Shown one piece after another: positions 18,747 to 26,854 of a stretch of 64,000 nucleotides of DNA. The first letter of the stretch is position 1. Each line of letters begins with the position of its first letter. Source of the stretch: Chloroflexota bacterium (GTDB taxonomy: Bacteria; Chloroflexota; Anaerolineae; JACRMK01); assembly GCA_016235055.1 (NCBI GenBank), contig JACRMK010000056.1:23359-87358 (forward strand), written 5' to 3'. Below the pieces are notes generated by a model. That model made no database searches. It saw nothing but the letters and a program-made list of their open reading frames with translations, and was not told where the DNA came from. The translations under genes and the position numbers were made by a program.

Positions 18747-19034
18747 CAGCAATTCTCAATTTGGCTTTGTACGGGTACTTTCCAATGCCGCTTGCGATGC
18801 GCTGGCTCTCAGGCGCTTGTCACGCAAGCTGGCCCGCCGAAAAAGTGGCGTTGCCCTCCCCCCGACCCCCTCCCAACTTCGTTGGGAGGGGGCGAGATTC
18901 TTCGGGGATTGGCGCGGCGGCGTAGCCGCCGCGCCAATCCCCGTTAGCTTTTCCCCTTCTCCCCCGCGCGCGGGGGAGAAGGGGCAGGGGATGAGGGGGC
19001 ATATTGGCAGCCGACTCCAAAATGAGAATTGCTG
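18747..19034. mobile_element. TIR-bounded palindrome-rich miniature element, copy 2 (288 bp, opposite orientation to copies 1 and 3), flanked by a 9-bp direct repeat CTCTGCATG
   Basis: CTCTGCATG occurs at 18738-18746 and 19035-19043. TIR cagcaattctcaatttgg ... caaaatgagaattgctg. Confidence 0.7.
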
Positions 19035-19146
19035 CTCTGCATGCGAGCGCCGCGACCGCACGGTGGTATCATATATCCAGGAAGAGTGCGTGCGGCTTCT
19101 CACCGATTGCCGTCGGGCACGGACACAGTGAGCCCGAAAGGAGGCC

Positions 19147-20106
19147 ATGATGCGGAGTTTTCTGGGCCGCGACATCCTGTCGCTGAAGGATTTCGAACGT
19201 GACGATTTCACGCGTGTCTTTCAAGTCGCCAAAGACCTCGAGCCGATTGCGCGCGACCGGCGCAACAGCGACCTGCTGGCGGCCAAGACGCTCGTGACGG
19301 CATTCTACCAGCCGAGTACCCGCACCCGGCTGGCGCATGAGGCGGCCATGCACCGGCTCGGCGGCCACGTGGTCGGGTTTGCCGACTTCAAGATGACGCG
19401 CGCCGGCGACTGGTATCAGGAATCAATCAAGGATACCGTTCGCATGCTCGAGTATTACGGTGACGCAATCGTCATGCGCCATTTCCTGCAGGGCGCGCCC
19501 GCCGAGGCTGCGCGCTGGGCCAGCGTTCCGGTGATCAATGCAGGCGACGGTTGGGGCGAGCACCCCACACAGGTGCTGACCGACTTGTACACTGTGCGCG
19601 AGGAGCGCGGCCGCATCGACGGCCTGACGTTCCTCTGCATCGGCGATATGCGCATGCGGACGATGCACTCCCTCTCGTATGCGCTCACCCAGTTTGATTG
19701 CCAGGCGATCTACGTCGCGCCGCCCGACATGTCGCTGACGGACGAGTTCAAGGCCGAGTTGCGCGAGCGCAACCTGCGTTTCCGCGAGGCAGAGCATGTC
19801 GCACAAGTGATCGATCAGGCCGACGTGATCTACATGGAGCCGGTCATCCAGGCCGACTACACGCAATCGCGCGTCGAGCACGCGTCCGAGCGGCCGCATA
19901 CGCCGGATAACTATGTCGTCAGCCGCGAACTCCTGCGTGACAAGGCGCGCTCCGATGCCATCATCCTGCACTCCCTGCCGCGCATGGACGAGTTGCCCGC
20001 CGACGTGGATGGTACCCGCCATGCGCGCTACTGGCAGGAAGCGTTCAATGGCGTTGTCGTGCGCATGGCGCTGCTGGCCTTGATCCTTGGCGCGGCTGAG
20101 CGGTAA
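19147..20106 (+). CDS. aspartate/ornithine carbamoyltransferase family protein (divergent, PyrB-like)
   Basis: The STRTR carbamoyl-phosphate motif and HPTQ are present. The C-terminal motif is LHSLP rather than the canonical HPLP/HCLP, and the 80s-loop region is atypical. Confidence 0.8.
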   Translation: MMRSFLGRDILSLKDFERDDFTRVFQVAKDLEPIARDRRNSDLLAAKTLVTAFYQPSTRTRLAHEAAMHRLGGHVVGFADFKMTRAGDWYQESIKDTVRMLEYYGDAIVMRHFLQGAPAEAARWASVPVINAGDGWGEHPTQVLTDLYTVREERGRIDGLTFLCIGDMRMRTMHSLSYALTQFDCQAIYVAPPDMSLTDEFKAELRERNLRFREAEHVAQVIDQADVIYMEPVIQADYTQSRVEHASERPHTPDNYVVSRELLRDKARSDAIILHSLPRMDELPADVDGTRHARYWQEAFNGVVVRMALLALILGAAER

Positions 20107-20121
20107 TCCGCGGCGAGCGTA

Positions 20122-20235
20122 GCGCATATCCCGTCGATCGGCTTCGGTCCGGGCGACGAGGTCTACGCGCATACCACGCTCGACCAGATCAGCCTCGACG
20201 ATGTCGTGCGCGCAACCGAGTGGTATGCGCTCTTG
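20122..20235 (+). pseudogene. orphan duplicated 3' fragment of the M20 peptidase gene (about 85% nt identity to 18517-18630)
   Basis: Encodes ..IPSIGFGPGDEVYAHTTLDQISLDDVVRATEWYAL, compared with IPSIGFGPGDEVHAHTTLDQNKLDDVVRATEWYAL at the peptidase C-terminus. It has no start codon or upstream body. Confidence 0.55.
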
Positions 20236-20449
20236 TCCGCGCTGCTCGCGCACCACATGGCTGCAACCTCGCCCACGCCGCAACACCGCAAAGATCAGGC
20301 CGGAGTTCAATGCTCACCAAAGGCGCCCAGATGCGGGCGCCTTTGTCTTTTGTGCCTGCGCCCCATGCCAATTTACCCTTCACAGGGAGTGACATTCGCC
20401 CCTTCCGCCGCACGGCAGCTTCGAGTAAACTAAGGAGCGCGCATCGTTC

Positions 20450-21187
20450 ATGCGCTCTCGGAGGCCAGCAATGAATCACCGGCGTCAAAGCAAACCGGCA
20501 GTGGACGCACACCGCAACCATTCGCGCCTTTCGGAAGTGATACTCGGCGGGCAGGACGGACTGGTCAACGTGCTCGGCGTCATTCTGGGCGTCGCCGCGG
20601 CGACCAGCGACACGTCCATTGTGCTCGTCGCCGGGCTGGCCGCCACCTTCGCCGAATCGGTGTCGATGGGCGCGGTGGCGTACACCTCGACGCTGGCCGA
20701 CGCGGAGCTGTACGAAAGCGAACGGCAGCGCGAATTCCGGCATATTACTGCGCAGCCGGATCGCGAGCGAGACGAAATCCGCCAGATCTACGCGCAGAAG
20801 GGTTTTAGCGGCGATCTGCTTGAGCGGATCGTGAACACGATCACGGCCAGTCCGGACGTCTGGGTGGCCGTCATGATGGCTGAGGAGATGCGCCTGATGC
20901 CGTCGGATCGCGGCCACGCACTACGCTCGGCGTTCGTCGTCGGCTTCGCCGCGATTGTCGGCTCGCTGATCCCGCTGGCGCCCTACATCTGGCTTCCGGT
21001 CGGCACCAGCATGCTGCTGTCGCTCATCATCGCTGCCCTGACGCTATTTGTGGTCGGTGCCTACAAAGCGCGCACGACCGTCGGGCACCCGGGGCGCAGC
21101 GGGCTGGAAATGGCCCTGATCGGCACGCTCAGTGCGCTGGCCGGCTATCTGGCTGGCGTGATCTTCAAAGTACCGGCGGCGCCATAA
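20450..21187 (+). CDS. VIT1/CCC1 family iron/manganese transporter
   Basis: ILGGQDGLVNVLGVILGVAAA plus a C-terminal TM cluster. A possible shorter start at MNHRR (20471). Confidence 0.85.
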   Translation: MRSRRPAMNHRRQSKPAVDAHRNHSRLSEVILGGQDGLVNVLGVILGVAAATSDTSIVLVAGLAATFAESVSMGAVAYTSTLADAELYESERQREFRHITAQPDRERDEIRQIYAQKGFSGDLLERIVNTITASPDVWVAVMMAEEMRLMPSDRGHALRSAFVVGFAAIVGSLIPLAPYIWLPVGTSMLLSLIIAALTLFVVGAYKARTTVGHPGRSGLEMALIGTLSALAGYLAGVIFKVPAAP

Positions 21188-21211
21188 CGCCGCACGGCCG
21201 AAGGGGGCACG

Positions 21212-21673
21212 ATGTATAACCGCATCCTGGTGCCGCTCGATGGATCGGCGCTGGCCGAGGCTGCGCTGCCGCACGCGCACATGCTGGCGGCTCCGGCCAA
21301 CGGCGAGATCATCCTGCTGCGCGTGGTGACCTATTCGCTACACGACATCGCGGAACACGACCCGCACATGGACGGCACGCTGGCAGACGATTTGAAGGCG
21401 GTGCGCGCCGACGCCGAGTTGTACCTGCACCGGCTCGCCACCCGGCTGCAACCGCGGGAGCGCGTGCGCGCAATCGTGCTGGACAATGCCCGCGCTGCCG
21501 ACGCCATCATCGCTTGCGCTTCCGAGCAGGCGGTTGACCTGATCGTCATGACGACCCACGGGCGCACCGGCGTAGTTCGCTGGCTACTGGGCAGCGTCGC
21601 CGACCGCGTCGCCCGTCAAGCGCGCGCGCCGGTGCTGCTGGTTCGCTCGACGCCGGTCGCGAGAGCGGCGTGA
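21212..21673 (+). CDS. universal stress protein (UspA family)
   Basis: ILVPLDGS ... LIVMTTHGRTG...LGSVA signature motifs. Confidence 0.85.
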   Translation: MYNRILVPLDGSALAEAALPHAHMLAAPANGEIILLRVVTYSLHDIAEHDPHMDGTLADDLKAVRADAELYLHRLATRLQPRERVRAIVLDNARAADAIIACASEQAVDLIVMTTHGRTGVVRWLLGSVADRVARQARAPVLLVRSTPVARAA

Positions 21674-22155
21674 GCGGGCATCGTCCGGTCGTTTGTGACA
21701 TCGCTGCCATTCGGTTAAAATGGCCTATAATGACGCGCGACGAACTATCGCAACTGACGTTCGATCAACTGGTGGACCTCATCTTGCACCTGCAGGCTGA
21801 AGCGGCCCGCCTGCAGGTGCGCATAGCCGAATTGGAAATGCACGGCCCTGTGACTTCGACCGCGCCGGCCGTTCCTTCCGCCACACCGGAGATCCGTTGG
21901 AACAGCGCGGCCGCCGGCGCGCCGGAACCACAAGGCCCGGTGCTGACGACACAGGCCATCGAGGATCATGTGCATGTGCGGCGCTCGCGGCACCATCGCC
22001 CGTGGTACAAGAAGCTGTGGCGCGCCGTCCGTCCGCAGAACGCTAGACTGAGCATTACCGTTATCGCAACCACCATCGTCGTTATCGCGCTGTCAGTGGC
22101 CATTGTCTTCTGGCTCCCGCAACTGCGGCTGACCGATTTGATCAGAACCCGCTAG
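21670..22155 (+). CDS. hypothetical protein (predicted coiled-coil, C-terminal TM helix)
   Basis: 4-nt overlap with usp. LHLQAEAARLQVRIAELE heptads and a hydrophobic ITVIATTIVVIALSVAIVFWL. No family assigned. Confidence 0.4.
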   Translation: MSGHRPVVCDIAAIRLKWPIMTRDELSQLTFDQLVDLILHLQAEAARLQVRIAELEMHGPVTSTAPAVPSATPEIRWNSAAAGAPEPQGPVLTTQAIEDHVHVRRSRHHRPWYKKLWRAVRPQNARLSITVIATTIVVIALSVAIVFWLPQLRLTDLIRTR

Positions 22156-22189
22156 CCGCCGACTAGTCAGCTATGCTATCATCCGCAGC

Positions 22190-23173
22190 GTGATCATCTC
22201 CCGCACCCCCCTGCGCGTCAGTTTCGTCGGCGGCGGCAGCGATCTGGCGGCGTACTACCAGTGTGCGCCCGGCGCCGTCGTCAGCACCGCGATCGACAAA
22301 TACATCTACATCACGGTCAACCGCAAGTTTGACAGCCGCATCCGCGCGAGTTATTCCGTCACGGAAATCGTCGATAGCGTGGGCATGGTGAAGCACGAGT
22401 TGATCCGCGAGGCGCTGAAACTGGTCGGGGTTGATGGCGGCATCGAGATTACATCAATCTCGGACATTCCGTCTGAAGGCACGGGACTCGGTTCCTCCAG
22501 CACGTACACGGTCGGACTGCTGACCGCGTTGTACGGTTACATCGGGCGGCACGTGGGAGCCGAGCGGCTGGCGCGCGAGGCGTGCGAAATCGAAATCGAG
22601 CGGTGCGGACGTCCGATTGGCAAGCAGGATCAGTACATAGCTGCCTATGGCGGCCTGCAGTATCTGCGATTCAACCCGGATGAGAGCGTCTTCGTTAATC
22701 CGATCATTTGCCCGCCCGCTCTGCGGCAGACGCTGCAATCCCGACTGATGCTCATGTACATGGGCACGACCCGCGCCTCCAGCGCGATTCTGGCCGAGCA
22801 GCGCTCGAACACGGAGCACGACGCCGGTAACCGGCGCGTGCTGGGGCACATGGTCGCACAGGCCGACGCACTGCGCGCCGCGCTCAATCAGCAGGACCTC
22901 GATGCGTTTGGCGGCATCCTGCACGACGGCTGGCTGGCCAAGAAGCAGTTGGCGTCCGGGATCAGCAACGGGCAGATTGATGAGTGGTATGACCGCGCGC
23001 GCGCCGCCGGGGCCGTCGGCGGCAAGGTACTTGGCGCGGGCGGCGGCGGGTTCCTGCTGCTGTATGCGCCACCGGAACGGCAGGCCGCCATCGAGCGCGC
23101 TCTGCCGGAACTGCGGCGCATCGGTTTCGGCTTTGAGCCGCAAGGCTCCAAGATTATCTACGTCGAGGATTGA
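22190..23173 (+). CDS. GHMP kinase, D-glycero-D-manno-heptose 7-phosphate kinase (HddA) type
   Basis: N-terminus MIISRTPLRVSFVGGGSDL and the GHMP ATP motif PSEGTGLGSSS. Confidence 0.8.
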   Translation: MIISRTPLRVSFVGGGSDLAAYYQCAPGAVVSTAIDKYIYITVNRKFDSRIRASYSVTEIVDSVGMVKHELIREALKLVGVDGGIEITSISDIPSEGTGLGSSSTYTVGLLTALYGYIGRHVGAERLAREACEIEIERCGRPIGKQDQYIAAYGGLQYLRFNPDESVFVNPIICPPALRQTLQSRLMLMYMGTTRASSAILAEQRSNTEHDAGNRRVLGHMVAQADALRAALNQQDLDAFGGILHDGWLAKKQLASGISNGQIDEWYDRARAAGAVGGKVLGAGGGGFLLLYAPPERQAAIERALPELRRIGFGFEPQGSKIIYVED

Positions 23174-23176
23174 AGC

Positions 23177-23926
23177 ATGGCGACCGCCGCGGGCCGACCG
23201 CCCTCCGCCCGCCTCTACCTGGATCGCCAGGCAGCCAGCCTGCCGCGCTATGTATGGGAGCAAGCGCTGATGGCGCTGGCCGGATGGGTGCCAACAATTG
23301 CCGGAATCGCTTTGCGCGGGCTGCTCTACCGCTTCATGCTGCGCATGGACGGCATGGCCGCCATCGAAGCGGGCGTGCGGCTGCGCTTTGCCGGCAACAT
23401 CCGGCTGGGCCGGCGCGTGTACCTCGACGAGGGTGTGTATATTCATGCCTGCCCGGCCGGCGTCACGATCGGCGACGACACGCTGGTCATGCACGGCTCG
23501 GTGCTGCACGTATATAACTTCCGGGGCATACCGCAGTCGGGCATTCGTGTCGGACGCCACAGCCTCATCGGCGAGTATAATGTTATTCGCGGGCAGGGCG
23601 GCGTGACGATCGGCGACCGGGTCTATACGTCGCCGCACTGCCAGCTCATCGCCGTCAACCATGTCTTCGATGACCCGGCACGCCCGTTCGTCGAGCAGGG
23701 CATCACGGCGCAGGGAATCGTCATTGAGGACGATGTGTGGATCGGCAGTGGCGCGCTGATATTGGATGGCGTGCGCGTCGGACGCGGCGCGGTCGTCGCC
23801 GCCGGCGCAGTCGTCACCAAAGACGTGCCGGCGCATACCGTGGTCGGCGGCGTGCCGGCGCGGGTCATCCGGGAGATTGATGGGACCAGCACGGTGCCCG
23901 ACGGGGTAGCCGTCTATTCGCTCTAA
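23177..23926 (+). CDS. hexapeptide-repeat (LbH) acyl/acetyltransferase
   Basis: Repeated [LIV]GxxxxI hexapeptides ([34 protein letters not shown]). Confidence 0.8.
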   Translation: MATAAGRPPSARLYLDRQAASLPRYVWEQALMALAGWVPTIAGIALRGLLYRFMLRMDGMAAIEAGVRLRFAGNIRLGRRVYLDEGVYIHACPAGVTIGDDTLVMHGSVLHVYNFRGIPQSGIRVGRHSLIGEYNVIRGQGGVTIGDRVYTSPHCQLIAVNHVFDDPARPFVEQGITAQGIVIEDDVWIGSGALILDGVRVGRGAVVAAGAVVTKDVPAHTVVGGVPARVIREIDGTSTVPDGVAVYSL

Positions 23927-23927
23927 C

Positions 23928-25151
23928 ATGCACACCTTATCGATTGTCATTCCAGCCTACAACGAGGAGCACGGCATCGCGCACATTGTCGAGCGCGTGC
24001 TGGCCGTACGCCCTGAGTTGGCCAACGCCGGTTGGGACGCCGAACTCGTCGTGGTGGACGACGGTTCACGTGACCACACCGCTGACGTCGTCGCTGGCTA
24101 TCCCTTGGTGCGCCTGATCCGCCACCCGCGCAACCGCGGCTATGGCGCGGCCATCAAGACCGGTTTCCGCTCCAGCCAGAGCGACTACGTGGCGTTTCTC
24201 GACGCGGACGGCACCTACCCGCCGGAGAGCTTTCCCGCGTTGTGCCGCGCGGCGCAGGACGCCGACGTGGTCGTCGGATCGCGCATGAGCGGGGCGCGCA
24301 GCGACATGCCGCTGACGCGGCGCATCGGCAACACGGTCTTCGCCATGCTGCTGAGTCTGATCGGCAACGTGCCGGTGCGCGACACCGCCAGCGGTCAGCG
24401 GATCGTGCGACGCTCGGTGCTGCCGCGCCTGTACCCGCTGCCGGACGGCCTGCAGTTCACGCCGGCCATGAGCACGCGCGCAATCCACGAAAACCTCAAG
24501 ATCGTTGAAGTGCCGATTTCATACGCTGAGCGCGTTGGACGCTCGAAGCTATCCGTGGTGCGCGACGGGGTGCGCTTCACCCGCGCCATTGTCTGGACGG
24601 CGCTCGCCTACAACCCGGTGCGCATCCTCGGCATCGGCGCGCTGGCGGCGCTCGCGGTCGCGCTACTGATCGGCGCGTATATGTTGTTCTTGCGCCTGAG
24701 CGGCGTCACGACGCTGACGGCGTCACAGGTGTTCCTGGTGTTCGGCGCGGCTCTGTTGGTGGTAGCGGGCATCAACCTCTTCTCGCTCGGCGCGATGTTC
24801 AACTACCTGGTTGCGCTCTTCCACCGCCAGCCGGTGCGGCAAGGGCTGTTCGGCAAGCCGATCTTCTCACCGCCGCTCGACTACCAGTTCGGGTGGATGG
24901 GGCTGGCGGCGATTGGCCTCGGCACGCTCATGGGTACCGGCGCGTTCATCGCCAGCTTCAGCGGATGGGAAATCGAGCGCCTCTGGTTCTACCTGCTTAT
25001 CGGCGCGTCGCTGGTCATCGTCGGCATTCAACTGGCCGTCGCATGGGTCGTGATGCGCGTGCTGGAGGAACTGGCCCAGCGCGATGCCGACGCGCAGCGC
25101 GATCTGATTGAACCCGGCATCACCGCCGCAGCCGAAGACCCTGCGGCGTAG
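23928..25151 (+). CDS. family 2 glycosyltransferase (polyprenyl-phosphate sugar synthase-like) with C-terminal TM domain
   Basis: SIVIPAYNEE, VVDDGSRD, FLDADGTY and a C-terminal 4-TM region. Confidence 0.8.
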   Translation: MHTLSIVIPAYNEEHGIAHIVERVLAVRPELANAGWDAELVVVDDGSRDHTADVVAGYPLVRLIRHPRNRGYGAAIKTGFRSSQSDYVAFLDADGTYPPESFPALCRAAQDADVVVGSRMSGARSDMPLTRRIGNTVFAMLLSLIGNVPVRDTASGQRIVRRSVLPRLYPLPDGLQFTPAMSTRAIHENLKIVEVPISYAERVGRSKLSVVRDGVRFTRAIVWTALAYNPVRILGIGALAALAVALLIGAYMLFLRLSGVTTLTASQVFLVFGAALLVVAGINLFSLGAMFNYLVALFHRQPVRQGLFGKPIFSPPLDYQFGWMGLAAIGLGTLMGTGAFIASFSGWEIERLWFYLLIGASLVIVGIQLAVAWVVMRVLEELAQRDADAQRDLIEPGITAAAEDPAA

Positions 25152-25188
25152 CGCGGTGCCGGCGCATCAACAAGGGGAAGAAGGAAGC

Positions 25189-26841
25189 ATGCCTGAATCT
25201 GATACACAAATCAATCTGGGCACGCGCACGCGCGAAATCGTGCGCGCGCCTAAGTTCCCGGACGCCGGCGCCGCCGTGCGCGAGCATATCACGGCGCGCG
25301 AGCGTCCCGCCACGGCCGTCGACGTGCTGCTCGTCAACCCGCCGGCGCCGGACGGCGGCATCTGGATTCGCAGCCAGCACCGTGTTGGGCGCAAGAGCCG
25401 CGAGAACATGATCTGGCCGCAGGTCTCGCTGGCGCAGATGGCCGCGCTGCTGGCGCCCGATTACACGGTCGCCATCATCGACGCCATCGCCGAGCGCATG
25501 ACCTGGCCTCAGTTCGAGGCGCGTCTGCGCGCGGCGATGCCAAAGTACTACCTCACTCAGGTGACCGCGCCGACGCTGCAGAACGACATGTACGGCGTCT
25601 TCCTGGCCAAGTCGCTCGGCGCGCGGACGATGGCCATGGGCACGCATGTCACACCGATGTGGCGCGAAACGCTGGAGCCCTACCCGGCGCTCGACTTCGT
25701 GTTGCAGGGCGAGCCGGAGATGACCCTGCGCGAGGTGATCGACGCCTTCGAAGGGCGCGAGCCGTCCAGCGAGAACATCCGCCGCCTGCTGACCGGCACC
25801 GGCTCCAACGTGCCCACCCAGTTCGTCTCGCAGAACGGCGGGGACCTGTCACATATCAAGGGCCTGGGCTGGCGGCGCGGCGCGGAGATCACGCTCAATA
25901 CCCCGCGCCCGTTCATCCCGAATCTGGACGACCTGCCGATCCCGCTGCATCACCTGCTCCCGCTGGACAAGTACCGCATGCCGATGATGAAGAGCGCGTA
26001 CACGTTCATCGTCTCCTCGCGCGGGTGCAGCGCCGGCTGCACCTACTGCATCAAGCACGTCTCGTACCAGTGGACGCTGCGCCTGCGCTCGCCGGAGAAT
26101 ATCGTCAAAGAGCTGTGGGTGCTGAAGAAACTCGGCATCAACTACATCCACATGTACGCCGATCTGTTCACCCTGTCGCGCAACCAGGTGGTCGAGTTGT
26201 GCCGCTTGATCATCGACCAGAAACTGGACATCAAGTGGACGTGCAACAGCCGCGTGGATTATGTGGACGCGGAGATGTTGTCGCTGATGGGCCGCGCGGG
26301 CTGCTGGATGATCTCGTGGGGTATCGAGTCGGGCAACGAGGCGATCCTTCACCACGCGCGCAAGGGCGCCGACCCGCAAAAAGCGCGACGGGCGCTCACC
26401 TGGGCGCGCGCAGCCGGCATCAAGAACTGGGGCTACTTCATCATCGGCCTGCCCGGCGAAACGGAACTGACCATCCGTGAATCGATCGAGTTCTCCAAGC
26501 AGTTGCCGCTCGATATCGCCCTGTTCCATATCGCCGCGCCGTACCCCGGCACGCCGTTCTTCTTCGAGGTCGTAAGAAATGGCTGGTTCCGCCCCGGCAC
26601 GCGCTGGGAAGAAGTCGATATGGATCGCTCGACCGTGCTCGACTATCCGCATCTGAAGGCCGAGCGGCTGGAGTACTGGCAGAAGCGCGCCTTCCGCGAG
26701 TGGGCCTATCGTCCCGGCCCGATTCTGACGTTCCTCAAGGGCATGAACTCATGGGAAGGGCTGAAATCGGCGCTCGATATCGCCTTCCAACACTTCACCT
26801 GGGCCAGCGATACGCCGCTCGCCGGCGACTCGGCTACGTGA
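25189..26841 (+). CDS. B12-binding radical SAM protein (class B radical SAM, methyltransferase-like)
   Basis: N-terminal cobalamin-binding domain followed by the SSRGCSAGCTYC CxxxCxxC motif. The start is reset to MPESDTQ, preceded by the RBS aaggggaagaaggaag. Confidence 0.85.
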   Translation: MPESDTQINLGTRTREIVRAPKFPDAGAAVREHITARERPATAVDVLLVNPPAPDGGIWIRSQHRVGRKSRENMIWPQVSLAQMAALLAPDYTVAIIDAIAERMTWPQFEARLRAAMPKYYLTQVTAPTLQNDMYGVFLAKSLGARTMAMGTHVTPMWRETLEPYPALDFVLQGEPEMTLREVIDAFEGREPSSENIRRLLTGTGSNVPTQFVSQNGGDLSHIKGLGWRRGAEITLNTPRPFIPNLDDLPIPLHHLLPLDKYRMPMMKSAYTFIVSSRGCSAGCTYCIKHVSYQWTLRLRSPENIVKELWVLKKLGINYIHMYADLFTLSRNQVVELCRLIIDQKLDIKWTCNSRVDYVDAEMLSLMGRAGCWMISWGIESGNEAILHHARKGADPQKARRALTWARAAGIKNWGYFIIGLPGETELTIRESIEFSKQLPLDIALFHIAAPYPGTPFFFEVVRNGWFRPGTRWEEVDMDRSTVLDYPHLKAERLEYWQKRAFREWAYRPGPILTFLKGMNSWEGLKSALDIAFQHFTWASDTPLAGDSAT

Positions 26842-26854
26842 GCCGTCTCGCTGA

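Noticed and set aside
18746-19036. Possibility that the four similar repeats constitute a CRISPR array
   Set aside because: Copies are 10-25 kb apart, about 290 bp long, internally palindromic with TIRs and target-site duplications, and in mixed orientation. There is no regular repeat-spacer periodicity.
19455-20310. Minus-strand ORFs (295 aa and others) antisense to the carbamoyltransferase gene
   Set aside because: Antisense frames of a gene with strong family motifs. No conserved domains.
25659-26652. Long overlapping ORFs (273 aa plus strand, 267 aa minus strand) inside the radical SAM gene
   Set aside because: Alternative frames of a clearly conserved gene (CxxxCxxC and B12-binding motifs in the called frame). 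Their composition is Arg/Pro/Gly-rich.
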